Source: Gemmatimonadaceae bacterium (lineage in GTDB: Bacteria > Gemmatimonadota > Gemmatimonadetes > Gemmatimonadales > Gemmatimonadaceae). Taken from it: a DNA stretch of 64,000 bases. Where the stretch lies: NCBI GenBank assembly GCA_051859245.1, contig JBHYGA010000004.1, positions 480,001-544,000 on the forward strand, in the 5' to 3' direction. The translations under genes were made by a program, and so were the position numbers. This document shows positions 1 to 9,746 of this stretch, one piece after another (position 1 is the stretch's first letter; every line of letters starts with the position of its first letter). The notes beneath the pieces were generated by a model, which worked only from the letters and a program-made list of their open reading frames with translations, was not told where the DNA came from and searched no databases.

Positions 1-474
1 CTGCACCTGCTGTTCCTCGCGGTAGCCGCCGGGCTGTGCCTGCTGGTGCTCCCGGCGCCGTTTTGGCTCGCGATTGGCCTCGCGCTCGCACTGGCCGGCA
101 CCGTGGCGCCCAACACCTTGCCCACATGGTGGCTGCTGCTCCTGCTCGGCGTGAGCCAGTACTGGCGAGACCAGAGCGCGATAGACATTGTCTATTATCT
201 GTTGCTCGCCGGTTTGCATTTCCTTCACGTGCTTGGCAATTTTGCGAGGCTGGTTCCCTGGTCCGGGCGTCTGCAGCTGGCAGCGATCGTTCGCCCACTC
301 ACACGCTTTGTGCTCGTACAAACGGTAGTTCAGCCATTGGCCTTTGTCGCACTGATCGTTTTTGGCGACACTCGCGGCGCCATACCTTGGCTGCCGATCG
401 TTGCTGCGACGGCGATCGCTTTTCTGGCTGCCGTGCTGTATCGCGGGCGTCGGGCAGCGACGACCGTCAGTTGA
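1..474 (+). CDS. Hydrophobic membrane protein, 5'-truncated by window edge
   Basis: Frame 1 is open from base 1 to TGA at 472-474; several hydrophobic segments. Confidence 0.6.
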   Translation: MHLLFLAVAAGLCLLVLPAPFWLAIGLALALAGTVAPNTLPTWWLLLLLGVSQYWRDQSAIDIVYYLLLAGLHFLHVLGNFARLVPWSGRLQLAAIVRPLTRFVLVQTVVQPLAFVALIVFGDTRGAIPWLPIVAATAIAFLAAVLYRGRRAATTVS

Positions 475-790
475 GCTGCACTGCGATGCGTTGCTCGATC
501 GTGCGCCGTGGCACTGCACCCACGATCTTGTCTACGACCTCGCCGTTCCTGAAGAAGAGGAGCGTCGGCAGGTTACGCACGCCGTAACGCGCGGCGGTTT
601 GCGGATTCGCGTCGACATCGAACGCGAGGATCTTCACGCGACCCGCATACTCCTCGGCAAGCGCGTGCATTACCGGTTCGATCAGCCGACAGGGCGCGCA
701 CCAGTCAGCGCCGAAATCGACCACCACCAACCCATGGTGCTGCTCGACCTCGTGTGAAAAGTTGGCGTCTGTAATTGTTGCAGCGTTCAT
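467..790 (-). CDS. trxA: Thioredoxin
   Basis: DFGADWCAPC active site, YGVRNLPTL cis-Pro region, ~107 aa from ATG at 790. Confidence 0.93.
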   Translation of the reverse strand: MNAATITDANFSHEVEQHHGLVVVDFGADWCAPCRLIEPVMHALAEEYAGRVKILAFDVDANPQTAARYGVRNLPTLLFFRNGEVVDKIVGAVPRRTIEQRIAVQLN

Positions 791-1058
791 CGTGAGTCTC
801 GTTAGGATAGGCAGCACCGTCGGTTCGAGACGAACCTCGCCGATGTGCGTGGATGGATGTGTTCTTTGTGAGAAGTGCTGAACGCATTACCCGCTGCGTT
901 AGAAATACTGCGACGCATCCTCCGGCGGCATCGGCGCCGCCATGACGGTGACTGCGTTGAGCCCGGCCGCAACACCGATGACGGACGGTCTGGAAAGAGA
1001 TCCACGTGTCCGCTGGTGATCACCCATCGCATGCGTTGGCTCGCACATCACACCTGGC

Positions 1059-1763
1059 TCACGCCCGCCGCTGCGAGGTAATCAGCGACGCCAGGACCAG
1101 AATGCCCGTACCCGCGAGCAGCGTCACACCAAGCTGCGCTCGCCCATTGGCCACGATGATGGCCACGAGTGCCCAGATCACCGTGAGCCCGTACCACGGC
1201 GCCCGCGGCAGCGCCCGCTGCACGAGCACGCCCACCAGGAGCGCCAGGGTAATCCCGATCAGCGCCCAGCCGATGCTGCCCGTGAGCAGGCCGTAGCCGG
1301 CGGTTGTGCTGGCCAGCGACACGAACGTGGCCGCGGTGAGCCAGCCGGCGTAGATCGCCAGCGGCGCTCTGAGCCACCACCGATCGGCGTCCGGTGCGCG
1401 CATCAGCGCCGCGATAGCGGTCGCGGCCATCGCGATAATCAGTACGGTGGCCCAGATCGGGCTGCGGTTGGCCACGGCGAGCCACGGTGTGCCCAGCGCG
1501 AGACTCGCAATGAGTGGCGTGCGCACACGGTCCCATGCCGGATCGGTGCGACGCGCCCACACGCCGTACACGGCCGAGACGAGCAGCCACCCGTAAATCA
1601 GCCCCCAGATCGAGAACGCATAACCGGCCGGCTGCACGGGCGGGTTGATTTGCGGAATGGGCAGCTGATCACTGGCAAACCCGCTAAACGGCGAGGTGAA
1701 CGCGGGCGAGGCCACGAACGTAAGGGTGACAACGAGCGTGAGCCACGCTTTGAGCTGAGACAT
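1059..1763 (-). CDS. TspO/MBR-like tryptophan-rich sensory membrane protein
   Basis: PAGYAFSIWGLIY and IYAGWLTAA motifs, multiple TM helices. Confidence 0.7.
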   Translation of the reverse strand: MSQLKAWLTLVVTLTFVASPAFTSPFSGFASDQLPIPQINPPVQPAGYAFSIWGLIYGWLLVSAVYGVWARRTDPAWDRVRTPLIASLALGTPWLAVANRSPIWATVLIIAMAATAIAALMRAPDADRWWLRAPLAIYAGWLTAATFVSLASTTAGYGLLTGSIGWALIGITLALLVGVLVQRALPRAPWYGLTVIWALVAIIVANGRAQLGVTLLAGTGILVLASLITSQRRA

Positions 1764-1832
1764 GAGACAGGGTCAAGGAAACCGGCCACGTAAACCGGCC
1801 ACGGCGCGCGTGCGGAAAGCACGCAACCGCTC

Positions 1833-2294
1833 TTACACCCCAAACTGCCGCAGGTGGTGATCCAGATGTTTCCAGGCCAACTGGCCCCACTGCGCGCTGG
1901 TGAGCGGACCAAACAACGGATGCGCCGGCCACGACGTTCGAGATAGTTCGGTGCCGAAACGCTCGATCAGCCCGAGAATCTCGCCACGCTCGGCGCCCCA
2001 TTCCGCGGGCGCGCGCGCCAGCAGCTCCGGTGCCGTTGGCGCGCTCTTTGGAAACGGCAGCACATTCAAGGCGAGCCACTTCACCACGCCGAGCCGAGCC
2101 AGTGGAATGTGTTTCGAGGCACAGGGCAGATCGCCGTAGGCCATGCGCAAGGCATCGGCACAATGGGCGAGCATTTGCGGGGCAGACATGCGGCCCCACA
2201 ACGGCGCGCGCTGTGGGGTGAGCTGAGCAACACGCGCAGCGATGTCAGCGCGTGTACGCGGGTCGGCGAGGGTGGGCATCACGGCAATCTGCAC
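1833..2294 (-). CDS. DinB-superfamily protein (DUF1569-like)
   Basis: WGRMSAPQMLAHC, HPLFGPL, KHLDHHLRQFG motifs. Confidence 0.85.
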   Translation of the reverse strand: MQIAVMPTLADPRTRADIAARVAQLTPQRAPLWGRMSAPQMLAHCADALRMAYGDLPCASKHIPLARLGVVKWLALNVLPFPKSAPTAPELLARAPAEWGAERGEILGLIERFGTELSRTSWPAHPLFGPLTSAQWGQLAWKHLDHHLRQFGV

Positions 2295-3502
2295 GGGTGC
2301 GCAAGGGCCGTAAGCAACGGAGCCGGGCTTGTCTCGCGCGGGCGCTTGAGCGCCACGCTGGCAAGGAACGCTGCCGGAACGACGGCGGAGAAGCCGAGCG
2401 CCAGTGTGATCGGGAGGCCAACCGCTGGCTGCACGCGTCCGAGCAAGGCGTACAGTGCGCCGGCGATGGCCATGGTCACGCCGAGCACCAGCCCAGAGGC
2501 GGCGGCTTCATGTCCTGGAGAGAGCTCCTGCGCGGCGTGCACGAGGATCGGGATGTGCGCCAGAAGCAGCGCGCCGGATAACGCAACGAGCACGAAATAC
2601 CACACGCTCCCCGGTGGCACGAGCAGGATGCCCTGCAGGGTGAAAAAGGCGGGCGCCAATGTACCAACGATCAGTGGCGCGGTTGCAAAGCGTCGCGCTG
2701 CCGCGCCTGCCAGCACATTGCCGACCGCCGCCGAGGTACTGAATGCGGCGAGCGTCCAGCCGATGAGCGCCGAACCCGACGCCTGATCCTGTGAATACAC
2801 GAGCCAGATGGGCACGCCGTTCGTAAACGCCAGCAGGGCGAGTGACGCGAGCGCACCCGCCGCGGTGAGCAGCCCAACCGGTCCCCGCAGCAGACGGAGC
2901 GCGCTGAAAGGCTCAGCGCGAGACAGCCGGTGCTCCGTATTCGACCGGCTTCGTTTGGGTCCGAACCGATAGAGTGCGACCGCGACGAATACGGCGGGAA
3001 CAAGCATCCAGCCCGCCGAAGATATGCCATAGTGCGAGAGGAGCGCGAGGGTGATGAGCGGACCGATGGCCGATCCGAGCATTCCGCTGGCAGTGAAGAC
3101 CGAGAGCCCCAGACGGCGATGCTCCGCGTCAAGCTGGCGGGTCATGAGGATGCCGGCCGGATGCAGGGCGGCGGAGCCCAGGCCTCCGACCAGCAGGACT
3201 GCCAACAAGAGCGTAGACGAGGGCACCAGCCCCACCAACCCCACCAGCATCGCGCCGAGCAGCAATCCCACGGTACCAACGATTCGGCCGCCGAAACGAT
3301 CGGCGAGGTTGCCGAACACCGGCTGCGGCAGCGAGGAACTCACCGCGAAGGTTGCCACACAGAGCGCAAGTTCCGGCCCGTCCAGTGCGAATCGTTGCGC
3401 CAGGCTTGGCAGGAGCGCTGGTAGAACGCCCATCAGTGCGTCGTTCGTGAGATGGGCCGTGGCCAGCAACCCTGTGGTGCCGACCGTGCCGAGAGTTTTC
3501 AT
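2279..3502 (-). CDS. MFS transporter (Fsr/fosmidomycin-resistance-like)
   Basis: AHLTND, QPVFGNLADRFG, GLGSAALHP motifs; ~12 hydrophobic segments. Confidence 0.85.
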   Translation of the reverse strand: MKTLGTVGTTGLLATAHLTNDALMGVLPALLPSLAQRFALDGPELALCVATFAVSSSLPQPVFGNLADRFGGRIVGTVGLLLGAMLVGLVGLVPSSTLLLAVLLVGGLGSAALHPAGILMTRQLDAEHRRLGLSVFTASGMLGSAIGPLITLALLSHYGISSAGWMLVPAVFVAVALYRFGPKRSRSNTEHRLSRAEPFSALRLLRGPVGLLTAAGALASLALLAFTNGVPIWLVYSQDQASGSALIGWTLAAFSTSAAVGNVLAGAAARRFATAPLIVGTLAPAFFTLQGILLVPPGSVWYFVLVALSGALLLAHIPILVHAAQELSPGHEAAASGLVLGVTMAIAGALYALLGRVQPAVGLPITLALGFSAVVPAAFLASVALKRPRETSPAPLLTALAHPCRLP

Positions 3503-3514
3503 GGCCGGGGTCGC

Positions 3515-4597
3515 TCAGGCGACGTGCGCGGCTGGCGGGTAGTCGATATAACCGCGCGCCCCGCCGCCGTAGAGTGTGGACGGATCATGAGGCTGGAGCG
3601 GCAGCCCGAGCTGCAGCCGACGCGGGAGGTCCGGGTTCGAGACGAAGGGCTTTCCGAACGCGACTGCGTCTGCGGTCCTGCTGTGCAGGGCGGCTTCGGC
3701 GGACGGGCCGGAGTATCCGCCGTTGGCGATAACCGGGCCGCCGAATCGGGCCCGCAGCAGCGGCGTGAGCCGTGGCAGCTGAGGCGCCAGATCGAGCGGT
3801 TCGACCACGTGCAAATAGGCGAGGCCGCGATGCGCGAGCCGGCGTGCCACAAGCGCGAACGTGGCGGCGGGATCGCTGTCATGCATGTCGTTGTAGGGGT
3901 TGTACGGCGAGATCCGCACGCCAACCCGATCGGGTGACCACGCGCTGGAGACGGCCTCGACTACTTCCACGAGCAGTCGGGCGCGATTGTGCGCCGTGCC
4001 GCCGTACTCGTCCTGGCGCAGATTGCTGCCGTCGCGGATGAACTGGTCGAGGAGAAAGCCGTTACCGGCGTGCAACTCAAGGCCATCAAAACCCGCCGCA
4101 TGCGCACGCCGCGCCGCCCGCGCAAACGCTTCCACGATCAGGGGCAGCTCGTCTGCCTCGAGCGCGCGCGGGGTGATCAGGTCACGAGGGCCCTGCGGTG
4201 TGAACGCCGAGCCGGCCGGGAGCACGGCGGACGGCGCTACCGGCAGTGCGCCAAATGGTTGCAGCAACGGGTGTGAGGCTCTGCCGGCGTGTCCGAGCTG
4301 GACCACGATGCGCCCGCCCGCCTGATGCACATCGTCCACAACGCGTCGCCATCCGTCGACCTGCGCCCGGGAATGCAGCCCGGGCATGTTCGCGGCGGCC
4401 TGCCCGCGGGCTTCCACCTGCGTCATCTCGGTGACGATGAGGCCGGCCGAGGCGCGCTGGGCGTAGTAGGTCGCCATCATGGAGGTCGGGACGCCGTCCG
4501 GGGTGGCGCGATTTCGCGTCATTGGCGCCATGACCACGCGTGAGGGGAGATGGATCGCGCCAAGGTGCAGCGGCGAGTGAAGCATGGTGTCTGGCAT
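3515..4597 (-). CDS. nemA: Old Yellow Enzyme family alkene reductase (NemA-like)
   Basis: VMAPMTRNRA, YYAQRASAGLI, GFDGLELHAGNGFLLDQF, GYIDYP; start at ATG 4597 after GGAG. Confidence 0.9.
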   Translation of the reverse strand: MPDTMLHSPLHLGAIHLPSRVVMAPMTRNRATPDGVPTSMMATYYAQRASAGLIVTEMTQVEARGQAAANMPGLHSRAQVDGWRRVVDDVHQAGGRIVVQLGHAGRASHPLLQPFGALPVAPSAVLPAGSAFTPQGPRDLITPRALEADELPLIVEAFARAARRAHAAGFDGLELHAGNGFLLDQFIRDGSNLRQDEYGGTAHNRARLLVEVVEAVSSAWSPDRVGVRISPYNPYNDMHDSDPAATFALVARRLAHRGLAYLHVVEPLDLAPQLPRLTPLLRARFGGPVIANGGYSGPSAEAALHSRTADAVAFGKPFVSNPDLPRRLQLGLPLQPHDPSTLYGGGARGYIDYPPAAHVA

Positions 4598-4751
4598 ACA
4601 GGACTCCTTGCAAAGTGTGTTTAAAACCAAATGTGTGTACAACACGCATAAGTGTAAAAAAAGGGACGCGGTTGGACCGGTCGCCTTCTCCACGCTCGCA
4701 AATGAGCTCTGGGAGGCGCAGCTGCGCGCCGCTCCCGAAGTCCATTTACGC

Positions 4752-4776
4752 GTTGTAAACATTATTTGTTTCCAAC
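4752..4776. promoter_or_regulatory. Inverted repeat, candidate operator upstream of nemA
   Basis: GTTGTAAACA-N5-TGTTTCCAAC (9/10 arm match) in AT-rich intergenic DNA; second imperfect palindrome at 4631-4649. Confidence 0.45.
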
Positions 4777-4844
4777 ACACATGTCAACCCGGTAGGCCAG
4801 CGCGCTGCCCGGCACAACGTCGCCCCGGGCAGCGCGCGGCCAGG

Positions 4845-5297
4845 TCAGTGCAGTACACGCGCGAACCGCGGCCGATCGTCCATGAGCGACTCGCCAAGCA
4901 CCACCGCGTGCCCCGTGGCGCTGACCAGCGACGTGGGACGGCCGCGGTGGTCTTCCTTGGCGGGATCCACCAACTCGACCACAATCACACCGCGCCCGCT
5001 GAGTTCCTGGGCGAGCACGGAGATGGCCTCACCCCGCCGCACGCGCACCACCACCGGCGTGAACTGCTCGATCACCTGCATGCGCGACGACGAATCAGAG
5101 GTCGCAATAGCCACCCGCACCATGGTGTTGCGCTTGAACTCGCGTGGTGAGACGTGCACTTCGATGGAGTCGTTCACGGAGGCGGCCACATTGGCGCGCG
5201 GCGTGGTGTGCGTTTCCTGATGCGCCGGCGTGGTGCGTGCTGATGACAAAAGCAGTGCGCTGCCTGCGGCCAGAGCCACCATCAGTTGATGCGTCAC
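4845..5297 (-). CDS. Secreted hypothetical protein, copy 1
   Basis: Signal-peptide-like N-terminus; 139/150 aa identical to the 10747-11199 ORF. Confidence 0.75.
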   Translation of the reverse strand: MTHQLMVALAAGSALLLSSARTTPAHQETHTTPRANVAASVNDSIEVHVSPREFKRNTMVRVAIATSDSSSRMQVIEQFTPVVVRVRRGEAISVLAQELSGRGVIVVELVDPAKEDHRGRPTSLVSATGHAVVLGESLMDDRPRFARVLH

Positions 5298-5306
5298 AAC
5301 AACTCT
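4846..5306. repeat. Left copy of ~460 bp diverged direct repeat (partner 10748-11208)
   Basis: Colinear nucleotide similarity over the whole gene and a few bases upstream. Confidence 0.9.
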
Positions 5307-5330
5307 CCTATGCTTGAGAAAAAACGCGAT

Positions 5331-6491
5331 CTACCGCGACAACGTGGCGGGCGTGAAACGAAGCCTGACTAGTACCGGTGCACCGTCTTCATCTACACGA
5401 ACGCCGGCGGCGGCGGAACGACTCACTGCCATCAGGTCAAGGCTCACATCCGCAGGCCACTCCGCTCTCGCAACCAAGGCACCCTGAGCACTGAAGATAT
5501 CGGCCTGCTGAGGTTGCCCGCGCGCGACGTGCTTGATAACCCACAGTTCACCTTCTGCCGAGAAACCAATCTCTCGAATCGGAGGTTTTGCGCGTGGCAC
5601 CTTCCATTCCATTTCCCTGCCAGTCTTGTTGAATCGGCGTGCCCATTTGTCGATGTCATTCAACGCACTGTCCCGTTCCACTGCGGAGATGCTTACGGGT
5701 GAGGTAGTCCCTCGAATGGGTGCGCGAAGGGCGCCGGACGCATCTCGCACCGTGATCGTATACGACGAGGTCAATGCGGTTGCGATTTCACCGCGAGGTC
5801 CAATGGCGAAGAGCCATCGTGCGCCGAAAGGCGACGCCATCATGTTGCGCACTGCGCCGCCAGGCACCTTTCCTTCGATCACGAGCTGCGGAACCTCGTC
5901 AACGCGTGCGCCGAGAAGCGTGTCATCAGATTGCGCAGCACCGCTCTTCGAGAGCACAGACTGCGAAAATCTGTTCTGACCGTTGAGTGGGGGAAGGGGA
6001 GAGGTGTGTACAACGCCGCTGGCGAGTACGCGTACGGGAGACAGTCTTGAATCCGACTGCGTGGGCATTGCGACGGTTGAGCTAAAGCGAAGTCCCTCCG
6101 GCGTCACTCGGAAAACACTGTAACGTCGTCCAGCTAGCTCACGAACCCACACGTCACCATCTGGAGAACGTGAAATGCAGCAGGGCAAGGACAGCTGGCC
6201 AGGTCCTCGCCCGGCCCCGCCGAACGCGCGGACCAACTTGCCGTCGGGTGATACAATTGCTCCAGAACCGCTCGTTAGGTCGACCGCCAGAATGCCACCG
6301 TCTGCAGTGAGCGCCAATCCACTAACGAGAGTAAACGCGAGCGCTTCGCGAGTGTCAGAGGCGCCACCCACACTCCATTCGGTCGTTGCTCGTAGAACGG
6401 TGCTCTGTGCCGCAGCCGGCACGGCCGCTGTGGCGACACCCCCTGCAAGAGCCGACGCCGAGAACACTACGATCGGTAGTTTAGAGCGCAT
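5331..6491 (-). CDS. Secreted 6-bladed beta-propeller/NHL-like protein
   Basis: Signal peptide ending AAAQ; FGGAGRGPGQL repeat motif; C-terminal GVRVDEDG. Confidence 0.7.
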   Translation of the reverse strand: MRSKLPIVVFSASALAGGVATAAVPAAAQSTVLRATTEWSVGGASDTREALAFTLVSGLALTADGGILAVDLTSGSGAIVSPDGKLVRAFGGAGRGPGQLSLPCCISRSPDGDVWVRELAGRRYSVFRVTPEGLRFSSTVAMPTQSDSRLSPVRVLASGVVHTSPLPPLNGQNRFSQSVLSKSGAAQSDDTLLGARVDEVPQLVIEGKVPGGAVRNMMASPFGARWLFAIGPRGEIATALTSSYTITVRDASGALRAPIRGTTSPVSISAVERDSALNDIDKWARRFNKTGREMEWKVPRAKPPIREIGFSAEGELWVIKHVARGQPQQADIFSAQGALVARAEWPADVSLDLMAVSRSAAAGVRVDEDGAPVLVRLRFTPATLSR

Positions 6492-6630
6492 AAGTTCGAA
6501 CTCCTGAAGTCTGCAAGTCGATTGAAAAATGCTGGCGCACTCAGCTGCGCGGCGGATGGGTGCGATCCATGTCCGCGACCGAATCGAACATGATTGTAGC
6601 ATCGTTCAATGCTATGACCGTGGAATGGGA

Positions 6631-6852
6631 CTATTCGTCCATAACGCAGTAGCAGCGTTCTGTAGTGCAGCAGGCATATCCCGAAGTGCAAGTGATCTCA
6701 CATTTGAATCCGGTAATGACTGTAATGTTGCACTTCGTTTCTCCTGGCTGGCCAAATTGACAATCTGGTGCATCAACGTTAACGGGTCTCATCTGGGTGA
6801 AGTGGAAACCAGACGCCAGAACAAATGCGAGGCTGCTTGCGAGTCGTAGCAT
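6631..6852 (-). CDS. Small secreted cysteine-rich peptide A (8 Cys)
   Basis: Hydrophobic leader; C-x9-C-x9-C-x3-C-x5-CC-x4-C-x-C; AAGGA upstream. Confidence 0.75.
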   Translation of the reverse strand: MLRLASSLAFVLASGFHFTQMRPVNVDAPDCQFGQPGETKCNITVITGFKCEITCTSGYACCTTERCYCVMDE

Positions 6853-6974
6853 TGCAGATTCCTTGGATGGAAAGTGTCCTAGTCAAACGCATCATAGACG
6901 CGACACCGGTATCGGCCATCGAACGTTTCGTTCGAAGTGAGCCGACACCGGGCTATCAATCGCTTGTCCAAATA

Positions 6975-7223
6975 CTACATGTCTGGCTGTCCACCAATGC
7001 ATTTGCATCCGATGTCAGGAACGCTTCCGCAGCAAGCGTAGCCAGAGCTGCACGTAACCGAACAACCGGCGCCGATCACCTCATAGCTACACGCCGAGGC
7101 GCCCGGCCCTCCTGAAATGCACGAGGGCTCATCGAGCGCGTGTGCGTCGGCTGGACTGCTCAACGCACTAGCGACCACAATCGTGACGGTGGCAACGAGC
7201 CTAAGAATCGCGGAGATCTTCAT
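6975..7223 (-). CDS. Small secreted cysteine-rich peptide B (8 Cys)
   Basis: Sec signal ending ADA/AHA; C-x9-C-x8-C-x3-C-x5-CC-x7-C-x-C; GAGGT RBS. Confidence 0.8.
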   Translation of the reverse strand: MKISAILRLVATVTIVVASALSSPADAHALDEPSCISGGPGASACSYEVIGAGCSVTCSSGYACCGSVPDIGCKCIGGQPDM

Positions 7224-7335
7224 AGTGCACCTCGAAGGAAATGTGACCTACTCTGCGCCACCCAAGGAAGAGTGACACACCATGTCGGGGGTCTTTTTCG
7301 ACCGACGACATACTGTTGAGACGGTGGACATACTC

Positions 7336-7964
7336 TCACTTTCTGGCCACCGATTCAGAAGCACGAATCTCACTTTCGATCAGTTTTCGCAGCACTTCAA
7401 GCGAAGGAGCACCCTCCACTCTCCATTCATTGACCAACACGTTCGGTGTTCCGGCGACGCCTAGTCGAGCTGCAGCGACAGAGTCCTTCTTGATACGCGC
7501 TTCTGCCGTCGCTCTCGAATCAATGCACAAGGTGAACTTGTCGAGATCGGGCACTCCCACTTGTTCTGCCAGTTCTTGCCACTCTATTTTGCCAATTGAG
7601 TCCTGAGCAGAAAACAGTCGGTCATGGTAGGCTTCAAATTTCCCTTGCTCATTGGCGCACTCTGATGCGATTGCCGCACTACGTGCATGCGGATGAATTG
7701 CGTCAATTGGCACGTGCCGATATTGTATGCGCAGCTTTCCGGGATACTCAGCCATCATCTCTCGGAAAACTCCACGACAGTAACGAGGCCGTCCGCACTA
7801 CCGATCGGACTCCCCAACTCGGCGTACTGCTCCCAGTCTCTTACTCTCTTCGGCTCAAGAGCCTTACTCGGATCAGGTTTTCTGACAGCCACAACGACAA
7901 GAACTACCGCGCACGCTGTAAGGATCACGGTCGTGACCGCCTCGAAGACAGCACGTAGTTGCAC
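7336..7964 (-). pseudogene. DsbA/thioredoxin-like oxidoreductase, frameshifted with CxxC segment missing
   Basis: N-terminal TM plus GSADGLVTVVEFS in one frame; MAEYPGKLRIQYRHVP...GVAGTPN in another; junction near 7758-7765. Confidence 0.8.
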
Positions 7965-8062
7965 GCTACACTCCTGCCACAGGTGATTTAGGCTTGGGAG
8001 GTCAGCATATGCGCATCGACAAGAGTTGCGTGTATCCCCATCGGACATAGTTGCTGAAAAGT

Positions 8063-8308
8063 CTACACCCAGATCATCGTGTCAAAGCCAACGGGACAAC
8101 TCCCGTCTGCTGACACCGAAACGGTATCTGATGCCGAGACGGTAACTCCTACCGGGGCGCATACTACTGATCGTGCTGGCTCACGAGCGCTCCCAGGTTC
8201 TGCGGCAGTAGCACCGCATCCAAGGCAAAGCAGCAATGTTGAAATGCAGACTCCCTGCACCAACCGACGAGATTTCGATTTCTGAACTGAGTTGCGAACT
8301 GGACGCAT
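8063..8308 (-). CDS. Small putative lipoprotein/peptide
   Basis: Basic N-region, hydrophobic core, LCLGC lipobox-like; ends SCPVGFDTMIWV; AGGAG RBS. Confidence 0.55.
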   Translation of the reverse strand: MRPVRNSVQKSKSRRLVQGVCISTLLLCLGCGATAAEPGSAREPARSVVCAPVGVTVSASDTVSVSADGSCPVGFDTMIWV

Positions 8309-8444
8309 GTGTCACTCCTTGTTTGAGGTGGAGTGACATGCATGTCGCGGAAAAAGGCGACAGGAGATATCCTGATCGGCCAGAGTCTATCCCAAGCGGA
8401 CAACATTTTTCTCGTCCAGATCAAACGACGTCAACCTTCCGAAA

Positions 8445-9746
8445 ATGAACCAGCAGACTTCGTCGCGTGGACTGATGATGGGTGATATCTCGAGTCAACT
8501 ATTACGGTCTGCTCCACTTGGGAATGACGGCTCGCTTGCGGCGCTGCTTGTGGCGGTGTCGCTGATACAACAATCCCCGCGTCTCGACCCGCTTCCGCGT
8601 AACGTATTAGAACGGGTGAAGCCAGAGATTGAAGCGTTACCGCCGCAGCACGCCGCGAAATTCGCGGTGCATCCTGCCACGAACTGGCTTAGACTCGTGT
8701 CATTAGCTGACTCGCTCGGTGCCTTCGACATTGCACGCGTGCTGTTGGATGAGATTGAGCGCTTGCTCGACGCGGCGCTGGTGGAGACGAAACGCACCGG
8801 GCGGACAATCGGGGGCGATCCGCATGCGACACAAAATCTGCGCGCGATTGTGTTGGCTCGACGAGGACGTCTTTCCAGACAAAGTGGTGATGTCGAATCT
8901 GCCGCCGCTTGGTACCAGTCGGGCTTGCTTTGTACGCGCGGTCTCCCCACTGACGAAGGTTGGGCGACATGCACATTGGGCCTGGCAACCTGTGCGCAGG
9001 CCGCCGGGAATTTTCCTGAGACGATCCGATTGTGTCGAGCGGTGCTCCGTAAGGGATCTGCGATTGCTACGCATAGTCTCTTCGGCGCGCATCTCACGCT
9101 GGCCGTCTGCTATCGCCGTCAGCGTAAGCTCAATCTTGCACTACGACACGCCTGGAAAGCATTCGATCTGGCGGACGAGCCCGACGACCGTCGATGGCAG
9201 TGTTTAGTCAATGTAGCTGAGATTGCTCTGCAACTTGGTTACGCTGCAGCCGCGCGTTCGGGATTCCTCGCGCTGCTCTCACATCCTCAACCTGAGCGCA
9301 ACCGCGTTCCCGCGCACGTTGGACTTCTCTCGTGCGAACTATTGCTTTGGGAAAATAGTTCTCGACTTGATGACAGTGTAGTCCGAGCTCGAATCGAAGC
9401 AGTATTTCTGGATGCAAGAACATGCCTGCAGCCTTACGAGCGAATTAAAGCGCTGCTTGCAGCGCTTGAGGCGGCTGTAAGCATTGAATGGACCGCGCAG
9501 GTCTTGCGACTAGACTCTCTCGTGCAACGAGAACTTTCCGAAGCCGCACGGAATGGTTCACGATTTCATGAGTTTCAGTTCAGGCACGATGAGCTTCGAG
9601 CATGTTTGTCAGTTCTTCCTACGGCGACAGCAGCGCCGAGTGCCACTCAATCACGACGTCATTCAGAGAGCGGGAATCTCCACACGAAGCAGATCGTTTC
9701 GCGATTGACCTCGTTGATGCCGCTGGGTGCAGATGACTCCGAGTAG
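8445..9746 (+). CDS. TPR-like helical repeat protein
   Basis: Repeated amphipathic helices with TPR-type A/G/L spacing (GDVESAAAWY, GNFPETIRLC, LNLALRHAWKAF). Confidence 0.65.
   Translation: MNQQTSSRGLMMGDISSQLLRSAPLGNDGSLAALLVAVSLIQQSPRLDPLPRNVLERVKPEIEALPPQHAAKFAVHPATNWLRLVSLADSLGAFDIARVLLDEIERLLDAALVETKRTGRTIGGDPHATQNLRAIVLARRGRLSRQSGDVESAAAWYQSGLLCTRGLPTDEGWATCTLGLATCAQAAGNFPETIRLCRAVLRKGSAIATHSLFGAHLTLAVCYRRQRKLNLALRHAWKAFDLADEPDDRRWQCLVNVAEIALQLGYAAAARSGFLALLSHPQPERNRVPAHVGLLSCELLLWENSSRLDDSVVRARIEAVFLDARTCLQPYERIKALLAALEAAVSIEWTAQVLRLDSLVQRELSEAARNGSRFHEFQFRHDELRACLSVLPTATAAPSATQSRRHSESGNLHTKQIVSRLTSLMPLGADDSE

Noticed and set aside
6631..7223. Lanthipeptide/ranthipeptide precursors
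   Set aside because: Leaders look like Sec signals; no LanB/C/M, radical SAM or peptidase-ABC genes; a Dsb neighbour favours disulfides
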